From NCBI GenBank assembly GCA_963705915.1, contig OY970126.1:623893-687892 (forward strand): DNA of 64,000 nucleotides. The letters run 5' to 3'. The position numbers and the translations under genes are program-made. The notes below the pieces were generated by a model. The model was not told the origin of the DNA, ran no database searches, and saw only the letters and a program-made list of their open reading frames with translations. The DNA is from an uncultured bacterium. Its GTDB lineage: Bacteria; Patescibacteriota; Minisyncoccia; UBA6257; 2-01-FULL-56-20. Of the stretch, positions 26,121 to 37,296 are shown piece by piece; position 1 is the first letter of the stretch, and every line of letters begins with the position of its first letter.

Positions 26121-27662
26121 ATGCCAAAAAATCCTGCACGTCTTTATTCGGCTGAACTTGAAGGTATTGAGGCGAAAATTATAGAAGTCGAGGCGGATAT
26201 TAACGTTGGCCTTCATGATTTTTCTATTGTTGGCCTCGGTGATCGATCGCTTACCGAAGCCAAAGAACGCGTTAATTCGGCATTAAAAAATTGCGGTGTA
26301 AAACCTCCGAATCGAGAAAATCGAAGAATAACCATAAATCTGGCCCCGGCAGATATTAAAAAGACTGGCTCGCAATATGATTTAGCCATTGCCCTTGGAT
26401 ATTTAACGGCAACAGGGCAGATTAAAATATCAAATCCTGAAAAGGTTTTATTTCTTGGCGAATTAGCTTTGGACGGAAGACTTCGACCAATTGTCGGTGC
26501 GCTAAACATAGCCCAAAAAGCGGGCGAGCTAGGTTTTACTTATATTTTTCTGCCGAAGGCCAATGCAAATGAGGCTGTCTTGATTAAAAATATAAAAATA
26601 ATAGCCGTTGAAAGCCTACAAGAGGTGATAAACATTTTTGTTGGTCAAAGGGCTTTTTTGCCATATATTGCGAACGATAATGCGCTAAACAAAATAGCCG
26701 GTACTGATTTTTCGGAAATTAAGGGCCAAGACAATGCCAAACGGGCATTAATGATCGCGGCGGGCGGGGGACACAATGTGCTCTTGACCGGTCCGCCCGG
26801 CGTCGGCAAAAGTTTCCTCGCCCGAGCATTCGCCGGTATTTTGCCGAAGCTCACACCCGAAGAGGGAATCGAGGTGACGAAAATTTGGAGCGCTGCGGGA
26901 TTGCACCCGAATGGATTGATGAGCGACAGACCTTTTCGCGCTCCGCACCACACCATTTCAACCATGGCGCTCATCGGCGGCGGCGCGGATCCGAAACCGG
27001 GAGAAATAAGTTTGGCGCATCGCGGCGTTTTGTTTCTCGACGAGCTTCCAGAATTTCAGAAGGGGACCATCGAGGCGCTCCGTCAGCCGATCGAATCGGG
27101 ATTCGTGAACATTGCACGGACGAGAGATCGAGTCACGTTCCCTTCGAGATTTATTTTTATCGCAGCAATGAATCCATGTCCGTGCGGGTACTATGGCGAT
27201 GCCGAACGCGAATGTACGTGCACGGCATACGAAGTGATTAAATATCAGAAGAAAATTTCTGGGCCGTTGCTTGACCGGATCGATTTGTATGTTCGCATTG
27301 GCCGCGTGACTATCCAGGAATTGAGAAAAGATATCCAAAAAGATAGCGAGGCGGCCGAAACTACTTTGGTGAATGAAAAACTGCGAGCTGAGATCGAAAA
27401 AGTTCGCGGTGGACAACAGAGACGCTTTGGCGCGGCGAAAACAAATGCCGAAATGACCTCGCGCGAGGTCCATGCAACGATACGGATGACGTCAGGCGCA
27501 GAAAAGTTTGTGGACACTTTCGACAATGCCCGAATCTCGCCGCGAAGTTACTATCGATTATTAAAAGTGGCCCAGACCATTGCCGACTTGGAAGGAAGTG
27601 ATGTCACGAAAGAAGAACATCTCGCCGAAGCGTTCAGTTATCGCATCCGCGAATCCCAGTGA
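26121..27662 (+). CDS. comM: YifB/ComM Mg-chelatase-like AAA+ helicase
   Basis: INLAPADIKKTG, GPPGVGKS, PFRAPHH, LAHRGVLFLDE, AMNPCPCG, SGPLLDRID. Confidence 0.93.
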   Translation: MPKNPARLYSAELEGIEAKIIEVEADINVGLHDFSIVGLGDRSLTEAKERVNSALKNCGVKPPNRENRRITINLAPADIKKTGSQYDLAIALGYLTATGQIKISNPEKVLFLGELALDGRLRPIVGALNIAQKAGELGFTYIFLPKANANEAVLIKNIKIIAVESLQEVINIFVGQRAFLPYIANDNALNKIAGTDFSEIKGQDNAKRALMIAAGGGHNVLLTGPPGVGKSFLARAFAGILPKLTPEEGIEVTKIWSAAGLHPNGLMSDRPFRAPHHTISTMALIGGGADPKPGEISLAHRGVLFLDELPEFQKGTIEALRQPIESGFVNIARTRDRVTFPSRFIFIAAMNPCPCGYYGDAERECTCTAYEVIKYQKKISGPLLDRIDLYVRIGRVTIQELRKDIQKDSEAAETTLVNEKLRAEIEKVRGGQQRRFGAAKTNAEMTSREVHATIRMTSGAEKFVDTFDNARISPRSYYRLLKVAQTIADLEGSDVTKEEHLAEAFSYRIRESQ

Positions 27663-27735
27663 GTGAGTGGTCGCGCGAGCATGCGTGAACCACATGCTTC
27701 AAATGCAAAAGAATATGTCCGAGCCGCTTGTTCCT

Positions 27736-28800
27736 TTATGCCTTCGCAAACGGATTCTGTGCGCCAATCACTTCAAAGTGAACTTGGCAGCCGCTTGCGT
27801 CGCCGGTCTGGCCCATGAGGCCGATCTCTTGGCCTTGATTTACATAGTCTCCAGGCTGAACAAGTACTTGCTCAAGATGTGCATATCGCGTCTCAACGTT
27901 GTTGCCAAATGCATGCTCGATGAGGACAAAATTGCCGTAGCCACCGTTCCAACCTCCCGGCGCGTCGGAGATATTCGGATCGGGGATCACGACGCCAGCC
28001 GCAGCGGCGACAACCGGCGTACCGCACGAGTTCGCAATGTCAACGGCGTTGTTATCGTTAAGAATGCCCCAGTCGTATCCTTTAGCAGGCATAATGAAGT
28101 CGTTATTAAAATTTGGCAACGTGCTGCCGGTTTGTGTGGCGAGGGGATTCGTCGCAACGTCGGTCCCTCCTGGAATCACGATCGGCTGACCGGCAGAGAG
28201 TGTGCTAAAATTTACACCTTGGTTGAATTGCGTTATTTTATCTTGAGGAACTCCAAAAGCGCTCGCAATTGATGACAACGTGTCGCCAGCTTTCGCGCTA
28301 TAGATGACGCCGGACGTTGGGAGAATCTCCAGTGTCTGTCCGACCTGCAAGTTTGCCGCCTTCACGCCGGGGTTTGCGTCGAGAATAGTTTGGACTGAGA
28401 TACCGAAATAGGTAGCGATGCGCGAAAGGTTGTCTCCCGATTGCACCGTGTAGGAGATAAGTCCCGAACGATCGATGGCGGGGCCGATCGGCTGACCAGG
28501 ATCCTGCAGGGCGGCGTTGTCTAACATATCGTCCGAGGGTGTGGTTGCCGGCGATCCATTTTGAGCGTCGCTATTAACGTCCGACGTGAGAAGGGCGAGC
28601 CCCGGATCTTGCAAAGCGCCGGCACCGACGACGGCTGCAGCATCAAGCTCGGCGCCTTGAGCGGTTGGCACAAGTGAATTCGCCGTGGAAGCCGCAGCTT
28701 CGTCTGGGCCACTAAGAACTCCCTTTTCTACCGCGGTTCCGGTCTGAGGAAGATAGACGAAGCGGAATGTTAGGACCACCCCTACCAAAAAAGCGACCAC
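27736..28800 (-). CDS. LysM and M23 peptidase domain protein
   Basis: Two LysM repeats (YTVQSGDNLSRIA; AKAGDTLSSIA), VDIA, YAHL, VHFEV; start uncertain; N-terminal M23 His appears replaced. Confidence 0.88.
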   Translation of the reverse strand: MVAFLVGVVLTFRFVYLPQTGTAVEKGVLSGPDEAAASTANSLVPTAQGAELDAAAVVGAGALQDPGLALLTSDVNSDAQNGSPATTPSDDMLDNAALQDPGQPIGPAIDRSGLISYTVQSGDNLSRIATYFGISVQTILDANPGVKAANLQVGQTLEILPTSGVIYSAKAGDTLSSIASAFGVPQDKITQFNQGVNFSTLSAGQPIVIPGGTDVATNPLATQTGSTLPNFNNDFIMPAKGYDWGILNDNNAVDIANSCGTPVVAAAAGVVIPDPNISDAPGGWNGGYGNFVLIEHAFGNNVETRYAHLEQVLVQPGDYVNQGQEIGLMGQTGDASGCQVHFEVIGAQNPFAKA

Positions 28801-28911
28801 GGATAGTGGTTTATATTTACTCTTAAGATTTCCGACGATAATACTAATAGACTTATAGTAGCATAGATGACCCAAAACGATCAAAAAACTCAAAAAAGTG
28901 GCATTTTCCCT

Positions 28912-30855
28912 ATGAATCCAGCCCAAAAGGAGGCTGCGGAGGCCAAAAATGGGCCACTTTTAATAGTAGCAGGGGCTGGAACCGGTAAAACAAGGACTTT
29001 AACCGGCAGGATCCTCTATTTAATTAACTCGGGGATGGCTCCAGGGCGCATTTTAGCTATCACCTTCACCAATAAAGCCGCCAAGGAAATGGCGAGCAGG
29101 GTTAACGTTCCAGGACCGCTTCTCAGTACATTTCATAGTCTTGGGGCTCGAATCCTCAGAAAAGAGTGTCGGCATCTTGGCAGAACGCCGAACTTTGTGA
29201 TTTTCGATGACCACGATTCTTTTGACTTAATCAAAAAAACGGTGAAAAGTGTTTTGCCGAAGCCGCCGAAAGACGACGAAGGCATGCTCGGGCGGGCGGC
29301 GAGAGAAAAGTTGAACAGAAAAGAATCGCCGGCATTTTTTGCCCAGAAAATTTCTGAGATAAAAAATCGGGATGGGATGCTCGAGGAGCTGAAATCGCCC
29401 GAGGCAAGCGCGCGAGCCGACTTGCGAACGGCAAAAAATATTGTTTCTGTTTTTGAAAAATATGAAGCAGCGCTCGTGCGGAACAACGCGTTTGACTTTG
29501 ATGACCTCATAGAAAAAGTTGTGGAGCTCTTTAAAAAGAATCCGAGCGTACTCGAAAAATATCAATCGATGTTCGACATTGTTCTTGTCGACGAATATCA
29601 AGATATCAATCCAAAACAATGTGAACTCATCACGCTCCTTGCCCAAGGCCATCGCAACCTGAGCGTGGTGGGGGATGACGAGCAAACCATTTACAGCTGG
29701 CGTTATGCTGACATCAAAACATTTTTGGATTTTGACAAACAATGGAAAGGCGCGCAGGTCTATTTTCTCGAAGAAAATTATCGCTCGACGGGAAACATCA
29801 TCCGTGCGGCTGCGGGTGTCGTGAAGAATAATTCATTCCGCACGCCAAAGAATTTATTCACGCAAAATCCCGACGGCGACCGGATCACGCTCTTTGAGGC
29901 GTGGGGCGAGAACGAAGAAGCGGAATGGATCGCACAAGAAATCGGCAAGCGGCGTGGACGAAGCGATGCGGAAGACGCAGCCCGCGCTGGAAATTCAAGT
30001 AAAGGCTCCCAAGAGGAAATAGCCATTTTATATAGGACAAATGCGCAATCCCGGGCGATCGAACAAGGTCTTATTCGCCGCAATATTCCTTATAAAATCT
30101 ATGGTGGATTGAAATTTTATGAACGCCGCGAAGTGAAAGATGCGATCGCCGCATTACGCTATGCATCGAACGACAAAGACGAACTTGCACGTGAACGGCT
30201 CGAAAAAAATCTCACAAAACGAAAGTTTGCGGAGTTTCAATTGAAGCTGCGAGTGCTTGCTGCGAAGAGCGATGGATCAGTGCAAACGATGCGGCCAACC
30301 GATATGCTGAAGCTTTTCCTTGAAACGTTCGACTATATGGCCTATCTCGAAGAAAATTTTATAAATTCCGATGAGCGCGAAGAAAATATTGCCGAGCTCG
30401 TGACGTTCGCGGCCGAGTTCCAATCGTTGCCTGAATTTCTCGAACGCCTGAGCTTGCTGCAATCCACTGATGATGCAAATGCAAATGGAAACGAGAAAAA
30501 GAATCGCGGCAAGGAAGTTTCTATGATGACCATCCACCTTGCCAAGGGCCTGGAGTTCGACACCGTTTTCATCGCGGGCGCAGCGGAAGGCCTGCTGCCG
30601 CATGGGCGGTCGCTCGATGACGAGGCATCGCTCGAAGAAGAACGGCGGTTGATGTATGTTGCAATGACGCGCGCGCGGGAACGGCTCTCGATAAGTTTTT
30701 ACGGGATCCCTTCGCGATTCATCTCAGAAATTCCCGAGGACTGCATCACGTTTGCGGGCGGGGGGGGCGGAACTGGAAATTACAGTGACGGCGCGGACGA
30801 CTCCCTCGACCAAGACGCAGACTCATGGGATGATCCAACCATATCCCTGACGTAA
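28912..30855 (+). CDS. pcrA: ATP-dependent DNA helicase PcrA/UvrD
   Basis: AGAGTGKT, VDEYQD, VGDDEQ, LEENYRS, TIHLAKGLEF, EERRLMYVAMTRA. Confidence 0.95.
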   Translation: MNPAQKEAAEAKNGPLLIVAGAGTGKTRTLTGRILYLINSGMAPGRILAITFTNKAAKEMASRVNVPGPLLSTFHSLGARILRKECRHLGRTPNFVIFDDHDSFDLIKKTVKSVLPKPPKDDEGMLGRAAREKLNRKESPAFFAQKISEIKNRDGMLEELKSPEASARADLRTAKNIVSVFEKYEAALVRNNAFDFDDLIEKVVELFKKNPSVLEKYQSMFDIVLVDEYQDINPKQCELITLLAQGHRNLSVVGDDEQTIYSWRYADIKTFLDFDKQWKGAQVYFLEENYRSTGNIIRAAAGVVKNNSFRTPKNLFTQNPDGDRITLFEAWGENEEAEWIAQEIGKRRGRSDAEDAARAGNSSKGSQEEIAILYRTNAQSRAIEQGLIRRNIPYKIYGGLKFYERREVKDAIAALRYASNDKDELARERLEKNLTKRKFAEFQLKLRVLAAKSDGSVQTMRPTDMLKLFLETFDYMAYLEENFINSDEREENIAELVTFAAEFQSLPEFLERLSLLQSTDDANANGNEKKNRGKEVSMMTIHLAKGLEFDTVFIAGAAEGLLPHGRSLDDEASLEEERRLMYVAMTRARERLSISFYGIPSRFISEIPEDCITFAGGGGGTGNYSDGADDSLDQDADSWDDPTISLT

Positions 30856-30856
30856 C

Positions 30857-31648
30857 ATGCCTAAACTTGGACAACATTTCTTAAAAAATAAATCTTCCCT
30901 CGAGAAGATTGTCGCATCGCTTGAACTTACCAATGGAGACTTTGTGGTTGAGGTTGGTCCAGGACACGGCGAACTCACTGAACTATTCCTCGCCAATCTA
31001 TCAGCCGATAAAGAAATCGAGATAGTTGCCATTGAAAAGGACCCGATGCTCGCGAACGCGCTCCGCAAAAAATTCGACACCGCTCGCAATCTGGAAATAA
31101 TAGAAGGCGACGTCCTCAAAATTTTGAAGCCGCTCACAGAAAATGTGCGATTTCTAGACAAAAAATGGAAATTGGCCGGTAATATTCCTTATTACATCAC
31201 CGGGAAGCTCCTCCGTGTTGTTGGGGAACTGGAGAAGAAACCGGAGCGATCGACAGTGATGGTCCAACGGGAGGTTGCCGATCGGATTTGCTCCGCCCCA
31301 CCGAACATGAATCGTCTTGCGGCAAGCGTGCAGTTTTGGTCTTCGGCTACCATAGTCGCGCAGGTTCGGAGGGAGCATTTTTCCCCGGCGCCAAACGTTG
31401 ATTCCGCTGTTGTTTTGCTCAAGACGAGGATGGGGGAACTCAATATTGAACCGAGACGATATTATAAGGCTGTTCAAGCACTTTTCTCTCAGCCGCGAAA
31501 AACCATTCTGAATAACTTGGCCGATGGGGCGAAAATCGATAAGGAGGAAGCTCAGAATGGGCTTAAAAAGCTAATTATTGCCCCGTCTGCAAGGCCGCAA
31601 AACCTCAGTATTGAGCAAATAGAAAAAGTTGCTGAGTTGTTTTTCTAA
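30857..31648 (+). CDS. rsmA: 16S rRNA adenine dimethyltransferase
   Basis: LGQHFL, EVGPGHG, GNIPYYIT, FSPAPNVDS. Confidence 0.95.
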   Translation: MPKLGQHFLKNKSSLEKIVASLELTNGDFVVEVGPGHGELTELFLANLSADKEIEIVAIEKDPMLANALRKKFDTARNLEIIEGDVLKILKPLTENVRFLDKKWKLAGNIPYYITGKLLRVVGELEKKPERSTVMVQREVADRICSAPPNMNRLAASVQFWSSATIVAQVRREHFSPAPNVDSAVVLLKTRMGELNIEPRRYYKAVQALFSQPRKTILNNLADGAKIDKEEAQNGLKKLIIAPSARPQNLSIEQIEKVAELFF

Positions 31649-31734
31649 ACCGTGCACGGCGAGGGCATTTTTCCGGCATTCCGTGGGGATAACGGCGACA
31701 TATATTGTAAAATCAGGGGTTATAATAAAGGTAA

Positions 31735-33837
31735 ATGATCGATGTCAAGAAATTGATCACCGGTTTTCTGATTTTGGCTGCGTCGGCAGGCTTATCTGCG
31801 ATTGTCGTGACAAACATCAACACGCAACCGGCTACCCAAATTTCATCAAGCACGCCGGCGATTGCTATCAGCCAAACTTCAACGGCGCAAAGCAACGTCT
31901 TTATACCCGAATCTCCAATAACCGACTCCGTCACCCCCGTCATTCAAACCGAAGGTACGATTCCTACGTCCTCAGACCCAAATAATCTTACCGACAATCT
32001 TGCAAATTCATTTTTGAATAGTGTTGTAAGCGCGAACCCGAACGGCCCCCAAGAAGATGCGTCGGGGAATCCCGTTTTCGTTCAACCCGATGTAAATTCA
32101 ATCGCAATGGAAGTCGCGGATGCGACCGCGACCCAAGCTCTTCAAATTCCCAACTGGGATACGGAGGTCAACAACGAGCCACTCCACACCATTCAGAATC
32201 CCACCGCCGAAGATATGACGGATTATGAAAATAACGTTAACTATATCCTCGGAGAGTACGTAGTGAAGCCAAATCTACAGCAGACCATCAATAATCCCGC
32301 AGCAAGCGTGGACGATCTTGCTTCCGTAGAAAATAATCTATCGGGAGCGCTCACGGATCTTACCGCGATCAACACCCCGGCATCTCTCGTCCCTCTTCAA
32401 AAAAGCATGATCGCAATGCTTGTTTATGAAAGCAATGAAGTTCAGGTTGCCGAAGGGGCGAGCGGCGATCCGCTGAAAGCATCCCTCATAATCCAAGGGG
32501 AACAAGAAAAATACGATGCTGCAGCCCAGGCTCTGGAATCACAGATTGAACAAGTCTCAGCGGCCAATGCACCAAGCAACAGCATCGCCATGAACGCACC
32601 TCTCGGATTTCTCCAGGGCATGTTCGGCATCCAAACCGCCCATGCCCAATTCGGAGGAACAGTATTCGTTGCGGGCGGTTATATAGCAACCGATGATCCT
32701 GGCCTTTTCGCTCAAGGGGTTGAAAATCTCGTAAACAACATCATTTTGCAAATCCTTAAAAACGTCCTCATTGCCCTCATACAACAACATGTCCTCTCAT
32801 GGATCCAGGGCAGCGGCGCGCCCCGATTCCTTACTGATTGGGCGACAACGCTCACTCAAGCATATACACAAACCGCCCTCAATATATTGAGCAGCCAAAT
32901 GTCGTGCGCGGTCGGGCCGGAATTCATGGCCCAGGTTCGGACGACCCTTAGTGTCTACTATCAAACGCCCGGCACGAGCGGTAATGTTTGTGCGGATATT
33001 TTCCAAGAATCGCTCGGCGGCAATACGCTTGGGCAGTTTTATAATAATTTTTCGAACGGTGGATGGATGGCATACGGCGTAACGGCACTTCCGGCAGGAA
33101 ATTATTACCAAAGTGCTTTCTTCCAAGCGCAGGCAACCGATCTCGCCGCTCAACAAAATCAACAGGCGACGCAAGCACAATCCATCGCCAGCCAGGGGTT
33201 TACCGGAGATTTGGTCTGCGATGACGGAAGCCAGCCGAACGGAACTCACCTCGAATGTATCGACAAAAATAATGTCCCCTACCATCCGAATTCGAATGGA
33301 ACATGCGACCCTGGATATTTTCCCGTCACCGTGGCGAATAATGGAAAATGCGCAGACGGTACAAACCCGCAAACCGTCACCCCGGGAGCGGCCACGGGCT
33401 TTAGTTTGAACTCCGCCCTCAATTCACCTCAACAGTTAATTACAGCCGCAAATAGCATCCAGGGAATCTTAAACGCGATGGTTACATCACTCCTTAATTC
33501 GCTCGTGAGTGCTGCGGTGAACGCAGGAACCAATGGGCTCTTGGGTATCAGCCCAGGAAGCATCCAAGGTGGTGGTACTCCACCTGCTCCGCTCCCGCTC
33601 ACCTGCAATCCCCCGCTCCAATCTGCGTCAACGACATATCCGATTACGATCAGTGCAAGCGGCGGGAAGACGGATTCTCAAGGCAATCAGCCAAGCTACA
33701 GCTGGTCTTCTTCTGACGGTTTCAATACAACTGGCTATGTATTCTCCCACGCTTATAACCTTGCTGGCACCTACACTATAACCTTGAGCGATAATACCGG
33801 CGACACACCCGCAACGTGCCGAGCGACCGTACAATGA
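31735..33837 (+). CDS. large exported protein with Cys-rich loop and PKD-like C-terminus (T4SS-like cluster)
   Basis: N-terminal TM, internal AHA-Q motif, SWIQGSGAPRF, CDDG...TVTPG, YSWS...GTYTITL. Confidence 0.75.
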   Translation: MIDVKKLITGFLILAASAGLSAIVVTNINTQPATQISSSTPAIAISQTSTAQSNVFIPESPITDSVTPVIQTEGTIPTSSDPNNLTDNLANSFLNSVVSANPNGPQEDASGNPVFVQPDVNSIAMEVADATATQALQIPNWDTEVNNEPLHTIQNPTAEDMTDYENNVNYILGEYVVKPNLQQTINNPAASVDDLASVENNLSGALTDLTAINTPASLVPLQKSMIAMLVYESNEVQVAEGASGDPLKASLIIQGEQEKYDAAAQALESQIEQVSAANAPSNSIAMNAPLGFLQGMFGIQTAHAQFGGTVFVAGGYIATDDPGLFAQGVENLVNNIILQILKNVLIALIQQHVLSWIQGSGAPRFLTDWATTLTQAYTQTALNILSSQMSCAVGPEFMAQVRTTLSVYYQTPGTSGNVCADIFQESLGGNTLGQFYNNFSNGGWMAYGVTALPAGNYYQSAFFQAQATDLAAQQNQQATQAQSIASQGFTGDLVCDDGSQPNGTHLECIDKNNVPYHPNSNGTCDPGYFPVTVANNGKCADGTNPQTVTPGAATGFSLNSALNSPQQLITAANSIQGILNAMVTSLLNSLVSAAVNAGTNGLLGISPGSIQGGGTPPAPLPLTCNPPLQSASTTYPITISASGGKTDSQGNQPSYSWSSSDGFNTTGYVFSHAYNLAGTYTITLSDNTGDTPATCRATVQ

Positions 33838-33838
33838 T

Positions 33839-36202
33839 ATGAAATGGCTATCGCCTAAAAAAATTTTGGGTTTTGCCCTCGCTGGGATGTTCCTTACGGT
33901 GCTTGGATTTACGTTGAGTACTGGCGTTGCACATGCGGCAGGTGGATCGATACCAGACCTTCTGAGTTGCGGCGCAAATGCTTTCACTTGTGCCGTCTAC
34001 GGAATCAGCTTTGTCGTCAATGCTATCCTAGGACTTTTCATCAGCCTTGGAGCTTACATCATCACCTTCGCGCTGAATCTCGATGGCAATGTGTTCAATT
34101 CTCCCACCGTACAAACTGGATTCTCAATCGCGCTTTCGGTAGCAAATCTTGGATTTGTGCTCGGCATAATTGTTATCGCTATCGCAACAATCCTTCGAAG
34201 CGAAGCCTATGGCGTCAAACAAATGCTTTGGAAGCTAGTTGTGATGGCCATCCTTGTGAACTTTGGGCTTGTGATTACAGCTCCCATTGTTGGGTTTGCC
34301 GACAACTTGAGCAACTACTTTGTTAACGCCGAAGGCGGCACAATAAGTTTCGCCACAAATCTCACAAACGCTTTTGCGCCGCAAAATCTTATGCAACCGC
34401 CTCCTGCAGCGACAGGAGGCCAAACGGCTTGCAACGTTGCCGGCGGACTCCTTGGCGGACCTGTCGGAGCTGCCCTCTGCAATACCGCTCGCCAATATTT
34501 AAATGGCGACACCTCTGGCGCAAGCGCGTTTATGGTCCAGGTGCTTTCGCTCATTTTCTCGGCGGTATTTTCGTTTATAGTCATGATCACATTTTTCGCA
34601 ATCGGAATTATGCTTTTTATTAGATACATTTATCTAGCCCTCCTTTTAGTCCTTCTGCCACTCGCATGGCTCACCTGGGTTCTACCTAAACTCAGCCATC
34701 ATTTTGAACGATGGCTGAGCGAGTTTTTCAAATGGACGTTCTTTCCTGTTATTTCGCTGTTCTTCATTTATATTGCCTTCCAGTCGGTGACCAACATAAA
34801 CGGGGCGGTCGGTTTGCAAGCGGCATCAATCGCATCGAGCAACCCAAACGGTCCGCTCGCAAGCATGGCAACACAGACCGGCGGTAACGTGAACCTCATC
34901 CAAACTGCTCTCGATGAATTGCTCATGGCGGGTCTTTGCCTCGGCGGACTCTTTGCAGCAAATGCAATGTCTATTAAAGGAGCGGATACGGCGATGAGTA
35001 TCGTGAAGGGTGCTGGGAAAGGTGTGAAGAATTGGACAACGAGACAGACTAAGAAAGCTGGGCGGGCTACGTATCAAAGATTAGGAGGCAATACGTTGAA
35101 CAAAAAGATGCAGGCTGCCAGAGTGCCTATCATACCAACAATCGGCAGGCAGTTTGCAAGCTGGACCGAGGCTGGAGGAAAAGATCTCGTAGGCAAGCGA
35201 GCAGCCGATCTGAAATTGAGCGGCATGAGCGACGAACGTCTTGTTGAAGTTACGAAGGGCCTCCGAGAGAAGCCTGATCAATTTGCAGCTCTGGCTGAAT
35301 GGCAGAAGCGCAACAAACTTTACAAAGTTGAGCAAATCGGCGGCACTGATCTTAATACATTCCTCGATAAAAACGAGTCATTGGCAAAGAGCGGCTACGA
35401 CCAAGGCAAGCTTATGAGTGATATTAATAAAAACTTTGGCAACGACGCCGACGGAAGAAGGATCAGCAGGGCACGTGCGGCTGAGATGGAAAAAGTTGAC
35501 GTCGTTGATTCACGGGGAATCGTTGCCGCTCCGGGAACAAAAGTTAGCGCCGCCGATCTTGCTGGTGGCGCAAAGGTTGTAATAGAAAATGCAAAAGAGG
35601 CCATAAAAGAATTTGGCCTCGACACCACGGTCAATCATAACGGTAGGATTGTTCGCGCAGACACGCTGATCGAAGACGCGCATAAATCTATCGCCGACGC
35701 TGACGACGCCGCCGACAAGGTTGAAGTGAAAGACGAAAAGGGACTGCTTGGTCCCGCTGGGAAAATGCAAAGAGCCGGAGAGCTGCTTCAGGCCGCATCA
35801 GATAAATTTGTTAAAGGATTGGATAAGGGAGATTTTGCAAAAACTCACCCAGACTATCTTTTTGAAGGAGAAGGAAAATTCGGTTTGGATGAAAATACTG
35901 TACGCGGCTTGGGACGAGCATTCGCTCAATCCATCGTTTCAACCAATCCTTTGCTTATCAGCTCGGCCGTTGGAAAGCTTGACAAAGAGGATGAAATAAA
36001 ATCATTTATGCGTGAGATTACAAAGGCCATCGATAATGCTGTAGCTACCAATCACTTAACTAAGAAGGATGCCAATAGACTACAAAACCAATATCTTGGT
36101 AGAAGTATCGAGAAGAGGATTTCCAATATCGCAACCGGCGGAGGTGGAGGTGGCGCAGCTCCCGCAGCTCCATCCGGTGGCGGAGGTGGTGGTGGACATT
36201 AA
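33839..36202 (+). CDS. VirB6/TrbL-like polytopic membrane protein with a long cytoplasmic tail
   Basis: ANLGFVLGIIVIAIATIL, LVVMAILVNF, RYIYLALLLVLLPLAW. Confidence 0.75.
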   Translation: MKWLSPKKILGFALAGMFLTVLGFTLSTGVAHAAGGSIPDLLSCGANAFTCAVYGISFVVNAILGLFISLGAYIITFALNLDGNVFNSPTVQTGFSIALSVANLGFVLGIIVIAIATILRSEAYGVKQMLWKLVVMAILVNFGLVITAPIVGFADNLSNYFVNAEGGTISFATNLTNAFAPQNLMQPPPAATGGQTACNVAGGLLGGPVGAALCNTARQYLNGDTSGASAFMVQVLSLIFSAVFSFIVMITFFAIGIMLFIRYIYLALLLVLLPLAWLTWVLPKLSHHFERWLSEFFKWTFFPVISLFFIYIAFQSVTNINGAVGLQAASIASSNPNGPLASMATQTGGNVNLIQTALDELLMAGLCLGGLFAANAMSIKGADTAMSIVKGAGKGVKNWTTRQTKKAGRATYQRLGGNTLNKKMQAARVPIIPTIGRQFASWTEAGGKDLVGKRAADLKLSGMSDERLVEVTKGLREKPDQFAALAEWQKRNKLYKVEQIGGTDLNTFLDKNESLAKSGYDQGKLMSDINKNFGNDADGRRISRARAAEMEKVDVVDSRGIVAAPGTKVSAADLAGGAKVVIENAKEAIKEFGLDTTVNHNGRIVRADTLIEDAHKSIADADDAADKVEVKDEKGLLGPAGKMQRAGELLQAASDKFVKGLDKGDFAKTHPDYLFEGEGKFGLDENTVRGLGRAFAQSIVSTNPLLISSAVGKLDKEDEIKSFMREITKAIDNAVATNHLTKKDANRLQNQYLGRSIEKRISNIATGGGGGGAAPAAPSGGGGGGGH

Positions 36203-36211
36203 TAAATATAC

Positions 36212-37279
36212 ATGCTCACTCTTTCAGATCAACAAGTTTTCAGTCGTTGGCCTTCCTTAAGCCCGGCACTTCGAGAAGCGCTCTTTTCGCAACCGAACGC
36301 TGATTTCGTTTGGAATTTATGCACCGACGAACACCTACCCGAAGAAAAACGATATGACGTGGCAGAAATTTCCGGATATGTGCTTATGGGCTTTCTCCAC
36401 CCAGAAGATCTGGCGGGGGAACTGGCTGCAACACTTGCTCTTGATCCAAAAATAACAAAAACTATCGCCGACGAAATCAACAAAAGAATTTTTGTCCCGC
36501 TCCGAGCCGATATCGATAAGGTTTACGAACCCGTGAGCAAACTCGCGCCATCCCCGATGCCGATCCGGGACATTAGCTCCGGCCAGGCACAAGCTATGAC
36601 ACCCAAACCTGTCCCGCTCTCGCCTGCGCCCTCAGCGCCGTCTTCCTTCACGAAAATTCCGCCGGCTTCCGAAGGAAAATTCGCGCCGATGAGCGGCGCG
36701 CCGTGGCCCACAAAGCCTGCGCCTGAACCATCAAAGATTGCACCCGGGAACTGGACCACGCAAAAGTCCGCGGTTGTAACACCTGCTGCATCATCATCGG
36801 ATCCGGCCCCGATCATGCTTCATGAAGATGCTAAATTTTCTGCAAGCGATAAAAATACCGACTTCCATCTTTCGCGGCCGGGAGGAGGCGCAGAAGTTTC
36901 GCTTGAAGGCGTGAAGCCAGAAAAAGCAGTGAAACCTGCGGTGCTCGAGCTCGGGACGCTCACAAACACTCCTGCCGCACAAAATGTAGGACCGAAGTTC
37001 ACACACTACACACAGTTCTCGTCGTCTCCCACGCCGAACTCGGAAGCGTCAGCGGTGTCGGCAAACACAGCCCCGAGAAACGTCACGGAGGTTACGGGCG
37101 CGCCGAATGTTACAGCGGCCCCCGTCGTGAGACCGGAGTCGACGCCGATCAAACCGATGTCGTCATCGAAACCGCCCGTCGCTCAAACGCCAATCCCGCA
37201 ACCGCCAAAACCGCCAGCACCAAAGCCAGTCCAAGCGCCACGGCCCGGGCAACCGCCGATTCAGAAAAATTATCCATAA
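36212..37279 (+). CDS. hypothetical protein, helical N-terminus and Pro-rich disordered tail
   Basis: GYVLMGFLHPEDL...EINKRIF; P/A/S-rich C-terminus. Confidence 0.75.
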   Translation: MLTLSDQQVFSRWPSLSPALREALFSQPNADFVWNLCTDEHLPEEKRYDVAEISGYVLMGFLHPEDLAGELAATLALDPKITKTIADEINKRIFVPLRADIDKVYEPVSKLAPSPMPIRDISSGQAQAMTPKPVPLSPAPSAPSSFTKIPPASEGKFAPMSGAPWPTKPAPEPSKIAPGNWTTQKSAVVTPAASSSDPAPIMLHEDAKFSASDKNTDFHLSRPGGGAEVSLEGVKPEKAVKPAVLELGTLTNTPAAQNVGPKFTHYTQFSSSPTPNSEASAVSANTAPRNVTEVTGAPNVTAAPVVRPESTPIKPMSSSKPPVAQTPIPQPPKPPAPKPVQAPRPGQPPIQKNYP

Positions 37280-37296
37280 TATAATAGAGCAAACCA